A stretch of 64,000 nucleotides of DNA from contig OZ024756.1 in the NCBI GenBank assembly GCA_964016885.1, positions 15,996,001 through 16,060,000 of the forward strand, read 5' to 3'. The notes under the pieces are model-generated. The model ran no database searches. It saw only the letters and a program-made list of their open reading frames with translations, and was not told the origin of the DNA. Shown here one piece after another: positions 1-12,446 of the stretch. The stretch's first letter is position 1. Each line of letters opens with the position of its first letter. The translations under genes and the position numbers were made by a program. Origin of the DNA: Eledone cirrhosa. Taxonomy: Eukaryota.

Positions 1-149
1 CAGCTGAGTTACTTATTTATCAACAACAGAATCAACAGTTTTCCAAGAGATAGTGACTTGAATAGACCTGTTTTTTCTCAAAGAAATTTCATTTCGTTTC
101 TGTTGCTGCTCAATCTTTCTATTTCTTCTTTAATTTCTCATTCTATTTT

Positions 150-180
150 CTGATGAAGGACTAGCATCCAAAACGTTAAG
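150..180 (+). ncRNA. Degenerate hammerhead ribozyme-like motif
   Basis: CTGATGA-A-GGA ctagca TCC-aAAAC GTTA; the GAAA box reads AAAA and stem I is not evident. Confidence 0.4.
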
Positions 181-499
181 ACTCTTTTCCAACTATATCA
201 GGTCTCCCTCGAATGCTACTGGTAACATGTAACCCAGTACAACCTGTTACATGGTCGGGTCGTCGGTGACTGAACCGGTCACCCCACTAAGTTTAGTACG
301 TGAGGAGGGTGATTTGGGATACCCTGCAGTATAAAAAACAAAACCTGACAAAGGGCGGAAGAACTCATAAGAGTCAACGGCTATCCAAAAATGTGTAAAT
401 ATGTATATTCTCTGTGTGTGTATGTAGGATTGATTGCATGTCTGTCTGTGTACATATATATATATGTATATATATGTTTGATAAAAACTTATCAATTTT

Positions 500-3400
500 A
501 AACCTTTTAAAAACTCTTCTGGGATAGATCGGGTCTCCATTAAGCCATGGTGAAGGCAACCCGTCTAGGAGAAGGAAATCTCTGATATGTAAACCAACCA
601 CTGAAATTTAAATACCAAATTGGTGTCTGGCGTGGAATAATTCACCTCATGGCTAGTTAGATGTCTTCAGCCCTGAACAGCAGTCTCTCTAAAGATGGTG
701 TCTCGATAAAAACACCTGGATATAGGGTTGGCATCCCACATCTTGTATCAGTTACCAAAAGAACTATCATGGCGTCCACTAACTGCGCCAGGGTCCAAGC
801 CTCTGCTTTTTCCAGTTCCCAACTCAAACCTTGTTTCCTACGAAACGAATGACCAGTCACCTCTTAACTCTTCGGAGCGAGATGATTGTGAAGAGGGAGA
901 TGACTAAACAACGAACAACAACTCCACATCTAAGTTCATGATGTGCAAAAGCCCCATCGTCTATGGCACTTTCAATTCACAAACTTTGTCAAAGACCAGT
1001 GGAAAACAAGACCTTCTCTTTTGCACAAAGAAAAACCGGATTGACATCCTGAGCACAGACATTACCACCCTGACATAAATCTGAACTATACTAACTTTGG
1101 TAAATATCAATTAATCACTGCCTCAGCCATAAAACACCCAAGGCTCAACTGTAGATGGAGTTGGTATACTTCTTTCTCCTAAAGCTTCAGGAAACCTGCT
1201 AACAGTTGAAAAAATATCTGATGACATAATTGTGGCTGAATTCAACAGTAACCCTCAAACAATGTGAATTGCATGTTACTGTCCAAACAACACAAATGAG
1301 GAAAAGATAGTAGACAACTTCTACTCTGATCTGAAGGGAGTAACAGAAAGTGTCTGCCCCCATAATTTCCTTGTCATTGCAGGGGACTTTAATGGTCAAA
1401 TAGGCAAAAGTGAAGCGCCATTCTTATATAATAATGTAACAAACCGAAACGGAGAAAAGCTGGACTTTGCCAACAAGTTCCAACTCCAAATTACAAACAC
1501 CAGGTTCATGAAAAACTCAAACCGTATGTGGACTTTTCAACACCCATCAGGTTCCCGTTCACAAATTGATTACATCCCTGTGAGAAACAAATGGAAGAAC
1601 AGTGTTCGTAACACCCAGGCATACTCGTCCTTCTCCTCAGTTGGCTCTGATCATAGAGTTGTTTCCATACATGCCGTCCTTAGCCTAAGGTCATCTAAAC
1701 TGCCAAAGCAAAAACCCCATGACACAAGAGAACTGGACAAAAGTATCCTCAAACAGAACCTTGAGACACTCCTTCACTGTAGAAGTTAAGAATCGTTTCG
1801 AAGCGCTCTCTAGTGAGTCTGACGATATTGAAGCACGATACAAAAACCTTATTTCAGCCACAGAAGAAATTGCACTCTCAAAACTACCAAAGAAGGAAAA
1901 AACAAAACATACCGCCATCAGCTTGGATGTTCATGAGAGCAATGCAAGAAAAGCTCTGCAAAGAGTCCAATTGATATACGAATAAAGGCCAATCGGAGGT
2001 GCCTTCAAAAACACTTCTAAAGCTCAAGGGTTACTTGATGAGGCCTATACCAAAGCAAATGTTGACTACATCCAAGAGGAGATCAATAAGATTGCAAGCC
2101 TACATGCAGCGAAACATGCTGCAGCCTGGAAAACAATAAACACACTTTCTGGGAGAAAGTCAATGCCATCTATCCGGCTCAAAGGTGGTTCCGCTGAAAA
2201 GCACAAAGCCAACTGGAGAACCTCCACAGAACAGTGGCCCACCACTTCCTCTTTATCAAAGATCCAGCACCCTGGATATCAATACCAATCCACTTATAAT
2301 CGATGAACTCAAAACGACCCTCAAAGAATTCTCCAACAAATCTCCAGGTCTTGACAATTTACCAACACTGCTGTGGAAAGATCCAACTTTTCATGACCTC
2401 CTTCTTCAGTTCTGCAACCACACTATCATACATCACTCATCTCCTTCAGCCTGGCTGAAGGGTGGAATAGTCCCCAAAAAGGGGTGATCTAACAAGTGCA
2501 GCCAATTATAGGGGTATAACTCTCATGCCATTTGTGGCAAAAGTCTATAACAAGCTTCTGTTAAACAGGATAGTCCCTGCCCTTGATCCTTTACTTCCCA
2601 AGAACCAGAATGGATTTAGAAGAGGCAGGACGACAACTGCTCAAATTCTCTCTATTCGTCGCATACTGGAAGAAATGAAAAATCTGAACAGGGAGATCAC
2701 GATCTGTTTTGTCGACTTCCGTAAGGCGTTTGATTCTATCAGTAGAGATCTTATGTTTAAAATACTTAAACTCTACGGAATACCTTCTGGAATTGTTGAG
2801 GCAATTGAAGCTCTGTACAAAAACACCACTGCCACCGTTGTTTCACCTCAGCGAGACTGAATCCTTTGAAGTAAAAGCAAGAGTTCTGCAAGGTAACACA
2901 CTTGCCCCTTTTCTCTTCATAATTTTTCTAGACTATGTCCTGTGTATCTCGCTAGACAACATGAAGGAGAAGGGACTCCTTTTGAAACATCGCCAGATCA
3001 GCCGCAACCCTGCACAATACCAGACTGACCTAGATTTCACTGATGATCTTGCCCTGATTTTTCAATCTATAAAGGAGGCAGAATCCCTGCTGCAATCACT
3101 TGAGCAAGCAGCAAATCAGGTCAGTATCTATTGTAATGAGAGTACGACAGAATATATCCCAACCTCCCCTGAACCATCTGATTTGAAATCACTCAATAAT
3201 ACATCCATCATAAGGATCAAGAACTTTAAATACTTTGGCTCTCATGTCATAGACTCCCAAAAAGATTTCAACATCCGTAAAGCTCTGGTATAGGAAGCGT
3301 GCAACGGGCTTGACAAGACTTGGCGCTCAAATTCATCATCCTCCTTAAAAGTCCAAATCTTTCGAACATTGATTGAACCAGTACTACTATATGGATCAGA

Positions 3401-3795
3401 AACATGGACTTAATCTTTTCGTCTTGAAAGATGGCTGGATGGAGCATATACAAATCTGCTCAGAAGAATCAAAAACATAAGCTGGAGATCACACACAACA
3501 CTTGAGACCATCTACGGAGATTTGATTCCAATATTCCTCAGACTCAAGCAGAAAAGACTACAGTTTGTTGGTCACTGTCATCGAGCCAACAAAGAAGTCA
3601 TTTCATCTCTCCTTCTGTGGCACCCCTCTGGATGTGTCTATTTACGAAAACTGACTTTCCCAGACACTATAGCTCAGGACTCAGGGTTGGACATAAGGGA
3701 TCTGGGGACAGCAACGCAGGACTAAACAGTGTGGAAAGGGATTGTCAAGAGAGTTCCGACTGCTTACAGAGGAGTCGAAGGATGATGATGATGAT
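500..3795 (+). mobile_element. Near full-length, frameshifted RTE/RTE-X-like LINE (APE endonuclease + RT)
   Basis: 5'UTR motif ggcaacccgtctaggagaaggaaa; APE motifs AGDFNGQIG, SQIDYI, SDH; RT motifs QNGFRRGR, FVDFRKAFDS, VLQG-TLAPFLF, LDFTDD, FKYFGS spread over several broken ORFs; (GAT)n tail at 3781-3795. Confidence 0.9.
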
Positions 3796-4479
3796 ATCAA
3801 GTGTAAAACTAATATATTTCTTCATGGTGCTGTGTCATTTGCTTTGTTATCTCTGTTTGCCTTTTGTGACATATATACCTACTCACTCACATAGAGTAAA
3901 GGGGAATTTTCAGTTGAGTCAATAACTGATCATCTCCATAATGCAAGTGCCACAAAAATAGCACCCAGTACATCCTGGAAGGTAGTTGGTGATAGGAAGG
4001 GCATCCTACTGAGGAAACCAGGTCAAAAGGAGGTGAGAAGACTCTTGATGTGTGTGAAATGGCACAACAATTTCTCTAGTGTTGGCACACCCAGAGAAAT
4101 GACTCCAGTACACTTTGTAAAGTGGTTAGTGACAGGAAGAGAATCCAGTCTTAGAAAACTTGCAAAACAAAGAGCCGAGAAGACTCTTCAGTTGTGCCAT
4201 AGAGATGGTGACCTTCCTAGTGATGGTGCCACTAGTCTGTAGATTGCAGGAATGTATGTAGGCAAGATGCTGCCTGAGATATCAGATAGGCAGCGATTAA
4301 CTGACTTGGTCTACGACGACCCATCCAACTCATGTTAGTAAGGAAAACATATTTTAAATGATGATGATGATGATGATAGTCTTGGATGTACAAATGTAAG
4401 AAACAAATTACAATACTTAGATATAATGATATGTATTTTATTACAGCTGTGTAGCTCTCCCAGGAGTATTGTTCAATCA

Positions 4480-4823
4480 CAGTAGAACCTCAGTTCACAA
4501 CCACATCTCATCCTGAACGAATCGGTTCATGAACAATTTTTCAAAATATAAAATGTCTTGGTTCATGAACGGTGTCTCAAGTGACGAACATGCAAGCTGG
4601 CAATAACAGTTGCTGACAAGTTTAGAATATCGATGGGAAGGTGTCACTGGCTGTGTAGTTAGTTACTATGGTGATGACATCTATCTGTCTTTCACAGACA
4701 GTCTCTATCTCTATCTCTCTCTCTCAACATCTTGTATGGGGAAAAATAGTTTTGGCTTGCAAACATTTTGGGTGAAGAACGGCCTTGAGGGATAAATTAA
4801 GTTTGTGAACCGAGGTTTCACTG
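4480..4823. mobile_element. Tigger/pogo-like MITE
   Basis: TIRs cagtagaacctcagttcacaa / tttgtgaaccgaggtttcactg, followed by TA. Confidence 0.75.
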
Positions 4824-5272
4824 TATTTAGAGTAGTATGAAATGTGAAGGAAGCTGTCCCAGTGACTTGAGAGGCAAGAGTACTGTTGGATTATTTAGAA
4901 CTAGTATGAAATAATTAATATGATATGTAAATAAACATTGTTGTCTTGAAGATCAAGACAAAGTGTAAGTGCATTTGAAATTCATAGAAAAAGGAGAAAA
5001 CTCAATGCAAGAATAGCTGTTAAACAGCTAAATGCCGTCAGAAAGAGGTAAGAGAATTCTGGGCAGATACGGCCGGTTTAAATGCTAAAAGGTTAGACTA
5101 GTATGATATAATCTCAAGTTAGAGTTCAGAACTGAAAGAATATATTTAATCTATTTTATACAAAAACCACTTGAAACTGCTCCTTGGTACTGTTGTCAAG
5201 TGTTGATCCATATTCCATATTACACATATAATCTATGATTAATAACCGTGTCAACTTGATCCATATTCCACA

Positions 5273-6409
5273 TTACACATATAACCTTTGGTTAACAACT
5301 CTGTCAACTTGCTTCCTATTGCATTTCATTGAATCATCTATAAACCAATGTCCAAATTTTTTGGCTCGTTCCAGCTTTGCTTTGTTCCCTATTATCCAAT
5401 TATTGTTAATTAATATGACATGTTTCTTCTTACGATCTTCTAATTTCATTTTGTACCATTTCCCATCCATATATCTCTCCCATGGAAGAACTCTATATTT
5501 TATTCCACCATATTTCCTCCCAATGAGATCCGTCAAAAACACTTGATCATTCTTTGACTCAGATACAAAACTCTTATCATTTTTTACACTAATTTCTTTG
5601 CTAAGTTGCATCATTCTTGCAGTCAATTTTAGCCAGAGTTTTTTCATATTGTTTGTTGGCTTCATATAAAGAAAGCCTCCAGCAATAGCATGTTTGTGGT
5701 TAGAAATAGATGTTACTAACATATCATTTACCAAGGAGGCTTTCTTGCATTCTTCAATAGGATTTGATACCCAAAGACAGTCAACTTCAAATAAAAGAGT
5801 TTCAACATTATTCTGCAATAATGCATTTAAAATTTGGGTACGTTTTACCATTAGTTTTATATAACCAACTTTACTATAGTCCTGGGCACCACTAAGTGAA
5901 GACTCAGGTATAGCAACTACTTTGACTTTGGGCCAATCTTTTTCAATTTTCTCTTTTGATATCAAATCTGTGGTAATGAATAATATTTGTTCATTAATGC
6001 CCATATTAATAGTGTTACACAACCAACTATAGACAAATGGTAAATAGGCATTGTTAATAAGAGTAAACAACACTAGTTGATATTTCATCATGATGTCTTT
6101 TGCAATGCTAACTGACTGAATGATTACCTCTTCGAAAGTTTTAGGGGTTTTCACTTCTGCAACTTTAGAAATTGAGACATTTTCCAGAATTTTCTTAAAT
6201 TCTTCCACTTTAGGAGTTCGGATATTTACTGAACTTATCATCTTCACAACTTTATCATTTCCAATAGTTTTGTTCCTTTGAATATCTTCTTTGCTTTCAA
6301 GAGTTTTAAATTTCAGTTTCTTATTTGTAAAAATATCCAGTGATAGGTACATCACAAAACAAATACTCAAACAGCCAAAAAGGCAAATGTAATATTTCTT
6401 ATAGATCAT
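5273..6409 (-). CDS. Nucleotide-diphospho-sugar transferase (GT77/PF03407-like) type II membrane glycosyltransferase, 378 aa, single coding exon
   Basis: Intact ORF; ATG at 6409 (the track starts at an upstream TTG); N-terminal signal anchor YYICLFGCLSICFVMYLSL; family motifs LLFEVDCLWVSNP, AGGFLYMKPT, NDQVFL, NNNWIIGNKAKLERAKKFGHW; splice acceptor ttttcag at 6479-6473 just upstream. Confidence 0.88.
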   Translation of the reverse strand: MIYKKYYICLFGCLSICFVMYLSLDIFTNKKLKFKTLESKEDIQRNKTIGNDKVVKMISSVNIRTPKVEEFKKILENVSISKVAEVKTPKTFEEVIIQSVSIAKDIMMKYQLVLFTLINNAYLPFVYSWLCNTINMGINEQILFITTDLISKEKIEKDWPKVKVVAIPESSLSGAQDYSKVGYIKLMVKRTQILNALLQNNVETLLFEVDCLWVSNPIEECKKASLVNDMLVTSISNHKHAIAGGFLYMKPTNNMKKLWLKLTARMMQLSKEISVKNDKSFVSESKNDQVFLTDLIGRKYGGIKYRVLPWERYMDGKWYKMKLEDRKKKHVILINNNWIIGNKAKLERAKKFGHWFIDDSMKCNRKQVDRVVNQRLYV

Positions 6410-6485
6410 TTTCAAATGAAACAGTCCAATTTCAATTAATTTTTCTGAAGATGCTGATGATATACATACACACTGAAAATAAAAA

Positions 6486-6577
6486 AATATATATAAATGA
6501 ATAAATAAATATATATATGTGCGTGTATATATATATATGTGTGTGTATATGTATTACATGTATATTATATGTGTGTG

Positions 6578-6621
<44 letters not shown>

Positions 6622-6925
6622 TGATGATGGTGATATATATATAATCTTACACACACATATAATATACATATAATACATATATATATATGTATTTATCCTT
6701 ATCGAGCCCTCTTTGGATTTTAGTCTTCAAATTTATTAAAACAATTACTATATATAAATTATATATATATATATATACACATACATATAATATAATACAT
6801 ATATATACACACATATATAATATAATACATATATATATATACACACACATATAATATAATACATATATATATATATATTATATATATATATACACACACA
6901 TATAATATAATACATATATATATAA
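6486..6925. repeat. TA/CA-rich microsatellite block
   Basis: Directly visible (TA)n and (CA)n runs. Confidence 0.9.
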
Positions 6926-8237
6926 GGACATAATGCTCATAGCTGAATCAATGGCTGAACTAGAGAAGAAATTCCAAACATGGAAGCATGGCCTAGAATC
7001 AAAAGGCCTTAAAGTTAACTTGTCTAAGACTAAAGTTCTAGTTTGTAGAAAGGAAAATAGGGCACAGGTGCCCTCAGGGAAATGGCCATGCTCAGTGTGT
7101 AGGAAAGGAGTAGGCAGAAATTCCATTTTATGTCCTAAATGCAAAGTATGGGTACATAAAAGATGTAGTGGAATCACAGGTAAACTATCTAAGAACGTAG
7201 ACTTTATATGTGGCCGATGCTCAGGTGCAATAAGTAGCAAGTGTCCAAAGGATACTAGCTCCTTCTATTGCCCAGATGGTTCTATAGAAATAGTAGACAC
7301 TTTCCGTTACCTGGGTGACAAAATCAGCAGTGGTGGAGGGTGTTCTGAAAGTACAGTAGCCAGAGTCAGAACGGGATGGAAAAAGTTCAGAGAGCTTATA
7401 CCGCTGTTGGCTACAAAAGGTTTCTCTCTAAAAATGAAAGGCAGATTGTATGATGCCTGTATACGAACAGCAATGCTACATGGCAGTGAGTCATGGGCAT
7501 TACGTGCAGAGGACCTGCGTAGAGTGGAAAGGAACGAAGCATGCATGCTCCGTTGGATGTGCAATAGTAATATACGTGAACGGCAAAGCATAAATGAACT
7601 AAGTGAGAAATTAGGAATAAGAGGGATCAGATGCTGTTTACTTGAGAGAAGACTACGTTGGTATGGTCACGTGATGCGCATGAAAGACGACAGCTGCATA
7701 AAAAAGTGCAGGGCGATCAAAATTGATGGTAGTTACGGAGTAGGTAGACCCAGAAAAACCTGGGATGATCTGATAAATTCCGACCTCACACACTTACATC
7801 TCTCTAAGACAATGTCTCTGGACCGAGATCTTTGGCGCTACACAGTAATACAGAAGACCCGCCTTGCCTATGTACAAAGCGAAACCTACAGTCAGTAGGC
7901 ACCTCTTGACCAAATATACACCCCAATCCACTACCCCTACTCTATCCTCCCACTCCCACCAACAGCACGAGAAAATGAGATCGAGATCGTGTAGGTGTCA
8001 CGACAAAAAAACACACAGTCCACGCTGTAATGTGGCCGTGTAGGTAACACGGTAAAAACTTCCCAGTTCCACACTGTAAATGTGGTTGGTGTTAGGAAGG
8101 GCATCCAGCCGTAGAAAACCTGCCAGATAGTCCTATATGAGCGAGACACGGTCACCCGACCAGCCTTGCCTCAAGCGGGACAACTCCCATCTAACTCATG
8201 CTAGCGTGGAAAATGGACGTTAAACGATGATGATGAT
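6926..8237 (+). mobile_element. RTE LINE 3' half (family A) with PHD finger and 3'UTR
   Basis: ORF 6933-7898 contains GLKVNLSKTK, a C4HC3 finger, FRYLG and [11 protein letters not shown]; tail ggacgttaaac(gat)n; a second RTE tail follows at 8238-8335. Confidence 0.92.
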
Positions 8238-8516
8238 AAGGACTGTGACAATTGGAGAGATGCTGTGCTGAATAGGACCCATCCCACCCTTGCAAGCAGG
8301 GAAAAGCGGATGTAAAATGATGATGATGATGATGATATATGTGTGTGTGTGTTAAGATGGGTTCTTGTATAATTAATATATGACTTTCTCCATTTTATTC
8401 TTATATGTGGCACCCTTTGCAGATGACAGCAACTACTATATATATTGGACCTTACTTTGCTGTCATTTTCTCTATATTAATCATTTCGATTGGTTTGGAC
8501 ATCTTTTGATAATAAC

Positions 8517-8701
8517 TGTTTCTACGTTTGGCACAAGGCCAGCAAATACCCAGTACATTACTGGTACTTTATTTTATCGACCCCGTGAGGATGAAAGGCA
8601 AAGTTAACCTCGGCGAGATTTGAACTCAATATGGCAAGGGCTGTAACTCTATACGTTAAAGCATTGGCGTCCGACTCTCTACCGATACTGCCAATTCACT
8701 G
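8517..8701 (-). mobile_element. tRNA-derived SINE (Meta/MESC-domain-like) with TSD
   Basis: Minus-strand A box tggcagtatcgg and B box gagttcaaatc; body gcctttcatcc..gggtcgataaaataaagtaccag; TSD catcttttgataa(t/c)aac at 8500-8516 and 8702-8718. Confidence 0.85.
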
Positions 8702-8832
8702 CATCTTTTGATAACAACAACACTTTATTTTGATAATAACAACATTTTATTTTGATAATAACAACACTTTATTTTGATAACAACATTTTATTTTGATAAT
8801 AACAACACTTTATTTTGATAATAACAACATTT
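8702..8832. repeat. ~22-24 bp minisatellite (ttttgataataacaacactttat)
   Basis: About 6 tandem copies, starting in the SINE TSD. Confidence 0.85.
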
Positions 8833-9071
8833 TAGCGACTATTTTGCTGACTGCACTCAGCGGATATTATAACATTTGAAGTATAATAGATTATCTATAT
8901 ATTTGGCACTGAAAGATGGAGCTGAACTTTTTATTATAAATATAGTAAAAATATACCTTGAAGATGTATTTTTACATTCTTAAATTTATATTTGATCCAT
9001 GCACTAGCTTTTACAGACTGTTGTAATGCTTATGTTGTATGTAAATTTGTCAGTATATGACATGCCTGCAT

Positions 9072-9407
9072 TCATCATCATCATTTCATTTTACGTCCGC
9101 TTTTCCCTGCTTGCAAGGGTGAGACGGGAACTGATTTTGGCTTGATTTCTACAGCTGGATGCCCTTCCTACCAACCTCATTTACAGTGAGTGCTGGGTGC
9201 TTTTTTGCCATGGCACCTCCATAACCACTTTGCAGTGGAATGATAGGGACCCCAGTCCTATCATCTCATTTCTACAGCTGAGTAAACTGGAGCAATGTGA
9301 AGTAAAGTGTCTTGCTCAAGGAAACAACACATCACCCGGTCTGAGAATTGAACTCACAACCTTTCGATTGCAAGGCCAATGCTCTAACCACTAAGCCATG
9401 TGCCTCC
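9072..9407 (-). mobile_element. tRNA-derived CORE-SINE (octopus OR-like) with RTE tail
   Basis: tRNA head tggcttagtggttagagc...gagttcaattc; CORE-like ccttgagcaagacactttacttcac; RTE-type tail ending (tga)n; near-identical copies at 18699, 20156 and 46324. Confidence 0.88.
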
Positions 9408-9639
9408 ATTATGCTTAAATTCCTTATAGTAACATTTTTCTTTATACCAGCTTGTTTTTAATTTTTTAATGCCTTTAGCTGCTGATTCTTAATTATATTT
9501 ATATGATCATTCTTTTCATATGTTTCTTGCTTTCATCTCTTATATCAATGTTAATATCTATTATTTTTGCTTTCTTCCCATATGCGGTATCCCCAGAATG
9601 TTCTTTGACAAAGTTATCTCTATTCTAACTTTTGATTTA

Positions 9640-9686
9640 TACTCGGATGATTCCGGCCTTATGCTTGGATGAAACGATCGTTAGTA
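9640..9686 (+). ncRNA. Minimal hammerhead ribozyme-like motif (U4G variant)
   Basis: tact-CGGATGA-ttcc..ggat-GAAAC GATC GTT-agta; palindromic stem III; 4-bp stem I. Confidence 0.5.
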
Positions 9687-9818
9687 ATTAAATGTTATTA
9701 AACATTCTTTGATTGTTATTTATAAAGTATTCAGGCTCTGTATTATATTTGTTATTTTACATTGAGCTACTCTTATACTTGTAATTGGATAATAGTTAAT
9801 ATTTTATATTACCCACAT

Positions 9819-9865
<47 letters not shown>

Positions 9866-10596
9866 TATAATATACATATATATATATACACACACACACA
9901 CACGCATATACTATAGCACAAAAAACGGCTCAGTACTATATGAATACGCGAGACAAAGACATGACGGTAATATAGACAATATAGAAATCAAAATAATATG
10001 TAAGCATAGAAATGACTCAAAAGGTAGGTAGGCAAATCAGAGAAGCAACTGGGATAGAACTAAGAAAACCAAAGTTAAACAGAAAGAACGAATGGAATAA
10101 CAACAACAACCATACCCAAACAAACAATACTGACCTAAGGGAAATATAAATAAATAAATAAATAAATAAATATATTCACAAGTACAATAACAACAAACAC
10201 ACACTAGGGAACAAAGATAGAATACAAAAGCAAAAACACATACACTCAAACACGAACACACACACACCAAACATTAAACATACATGCAGAGACAAAGACA
10301 AGAATAAATAAATAAATAAATAAAATAAAAATGGCATAGGCTTTACAATACAATGGGGGGAAACATAATAGTACCACTGATGATGTTGCCGATGTGTGGT
10401 GAAAGAAGTTTTATAGACTATATATATGTATTTATATCTGTATTTTTAACCATTGGTCAATCAATGAAAAACATTGATTGCCAAATAAATTAACTGTGGA
10501 GATATAAAAGATACAGAAGCGAAAACCAACCAAACAGTGAGTGTGTTCTGTTATTATTTCTGGCAATATTATAACAATATGATCCTCCCCAAGTAA

Positions 10597-10648
<52 letters not shown>

Positions 10649-10656
10649 CATATATA

Positions 10657-10860
10657 TGATATACCAGCTCCGCCCATGTTTTTTGTGGTCTACCACTACT
10701 GCGACTTACTCCTACTGGCATTTCTTGGCACTTTACCCAGCGGTCATTCTCCATGTGCATCACATGTCCAGCCTTCTCTCCTGCACACCACAACTTATCC
10801 CTCTTATACCCAGTTTCTTTCTCAACTCGTCTATGCTTGGTCGTTCACGTACATTGACAT

Positions 10861-10865
<5 letters not shown>
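10657..10865 (-). mobile_element. RTE LINE fragment (family B C-terminal region)
   Basis: Encodes GHVMHMENDRWVKCQEMPV..GRPQKTWAE; homologous to 12590-12800; flanked by TA runs. Confidence 0.8.
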
Positions 10866-10895
<30 letters not shown>

Positions 10896-10920
10896 CATAT
10901 ATATAAATATATATATATAT

Positions 10921-12037
10921 ACATAAAAGATGTAGTGGGATCACAGGTAAGCTAACTAAGAATATAGATTTTATATGTGGCTGGTGCTCTGGTGCAATAA
11001 GTAGCAGCAAGTGCCCACAGAATACTAACTCATTCCATTGCACAGATGGTTCTATAGAAATAGTGGACAACTTCCGTTACCTGGGTGACAAATTCAGCAC
11101 TGGGGGAGGGTGCTCTGAAAGTACAGTAGTTAGAGTCAGAACGGGATGGAAAAAGTTCAGAGAGCTTATACCACTATTGGCCGCTAAAGGGTTCTCTCTA
11201 AAAATGAAAGGCAGGCTGTATGATGCCTGCATACGAACAGCAATGTTACATGGCAGTGAGACCTGGGCATTGTGTGCAGAGGATATACGCAGACTGGAGA
11301 GAAACGAACCTTGCATGCTCCGCTGGATGTGTAATAGTAATATACGTGAACGGCAAAGCATAAACGAACTAAGTGAGAAATTAGGAATAAGAGGGATCAG
11401 ATGTTGTTTACTCGAGAGAAGACTACGTTGGTATGGTCACGTGATGCGCATGAAAGATGACAGCTGTATAATAAAGTGCAGGGCAATAAAAATAGACGGT
11501 AGCCACGGAGTAGGCAGACCCAGAAAAACCTGGGACGACTTGATAAATTCCGACCTCACACACTTACACCTCTCCAAGACAATGTCACTGGACCAAGATC
11601 TTTGGCGCTACACGGTAATAGAAAAGACCCGCCTTACCTAAGTACAAAGTGAAACCTACTACAGTCAGTAGGCACCTCTAACAAAATACACCCCCGTTCC
11701 ACTACCCCCACACCATCCACACCACCCTTTCAATGTAAAGTTATGTTGGTACCACTTCATCCAGCCCGAAACAAATGAAGTCGTGTAGGTGTCACGACAA
11801 AAAAACAAAACAAAGGCACACAGTCCACGCTGTAATGTGGCCGTGTAGGTAACACGGTAAAAACCTCCCAGTCCACACTGTAAATGTGGTTGGTGTTAGG
11901 AAGGGCATCCAGCCGTAGAAAACCCGCCAGACAGTCCTATGCGAGCAAGACAACCACTCTTGCCTCAAATGGGAAAACTCCCGTCCAAACCCATGCAAGC
12001 GTGGAATATGGACGTTAAACGATGATGATGATGATGA
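10921..12037 (+). mobile_element. RTE LINE 3' fragment (family A)
   Basis: ORF 11063-11641 nearly identical to 7300-7870; same 3'UTR and (gat)n tail. Confidence 0.92.
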
Positions 12038-12149
12038 TATATATATTACATATATATATATATAATGAAAAATTGAACGGGAACAAAACAAAGAGGCAGT
12101 ACAACAAATGTTTATTAATTTCACGCTCGAGAGTGGGGTGGTGGTGGGG

Positions 12150-12180
12150 AACGACGTTTCGGGCATAAGCCCTTCTTCAA
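12150..12180 (-). ncRNA. Partial hammerhead ribozyme motif (stem I lost to TA repeat)
   Basis: Minus strand TTGAAGA-A-GGGC ttat GCCC-GAAAC GTC GTT. Confidence 0.5.
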
Positions 12181-12247
12181 TATACATATATATATATCTA
12201 CATATATATCTATATATCTATATATATATATATATATATATATCTAC

Positions 12248-12280
<33 letters not shown>

Positions 12281-12359
12281 TGTACATACACATATATATA
12301 TATACATATACACACATATATATATACATATATACATATATATACATATATATATATAC

Positions 12360-12410
<51 letters not shown>

Positions 12411-12446
12411 CATATATACATATATATATATACATATATATACATA
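12181..12446. repeat. (TA)n/(TACA)n microsatellite
   Basis: Directly visible. Confidence 0.95.

Noticed and set aside
270-370. Possible HDV-like ribozyme upstream of the first LINE (ggtcaccc/gggtgatt; gggCGGAAgaact)
   Set aside because: P1 and J4/2 look plausible, but P2, P3 and L3 could not be assigned consistently by eye
9335-9407. tRNA-like sequences with A and B boxes (also near 19000, 20450, 8650, 50250 and 57750)
   Set aside because: These are SINE heads that continue into SINE bodies; no complete cloverleaf, so not called as tRNA genes
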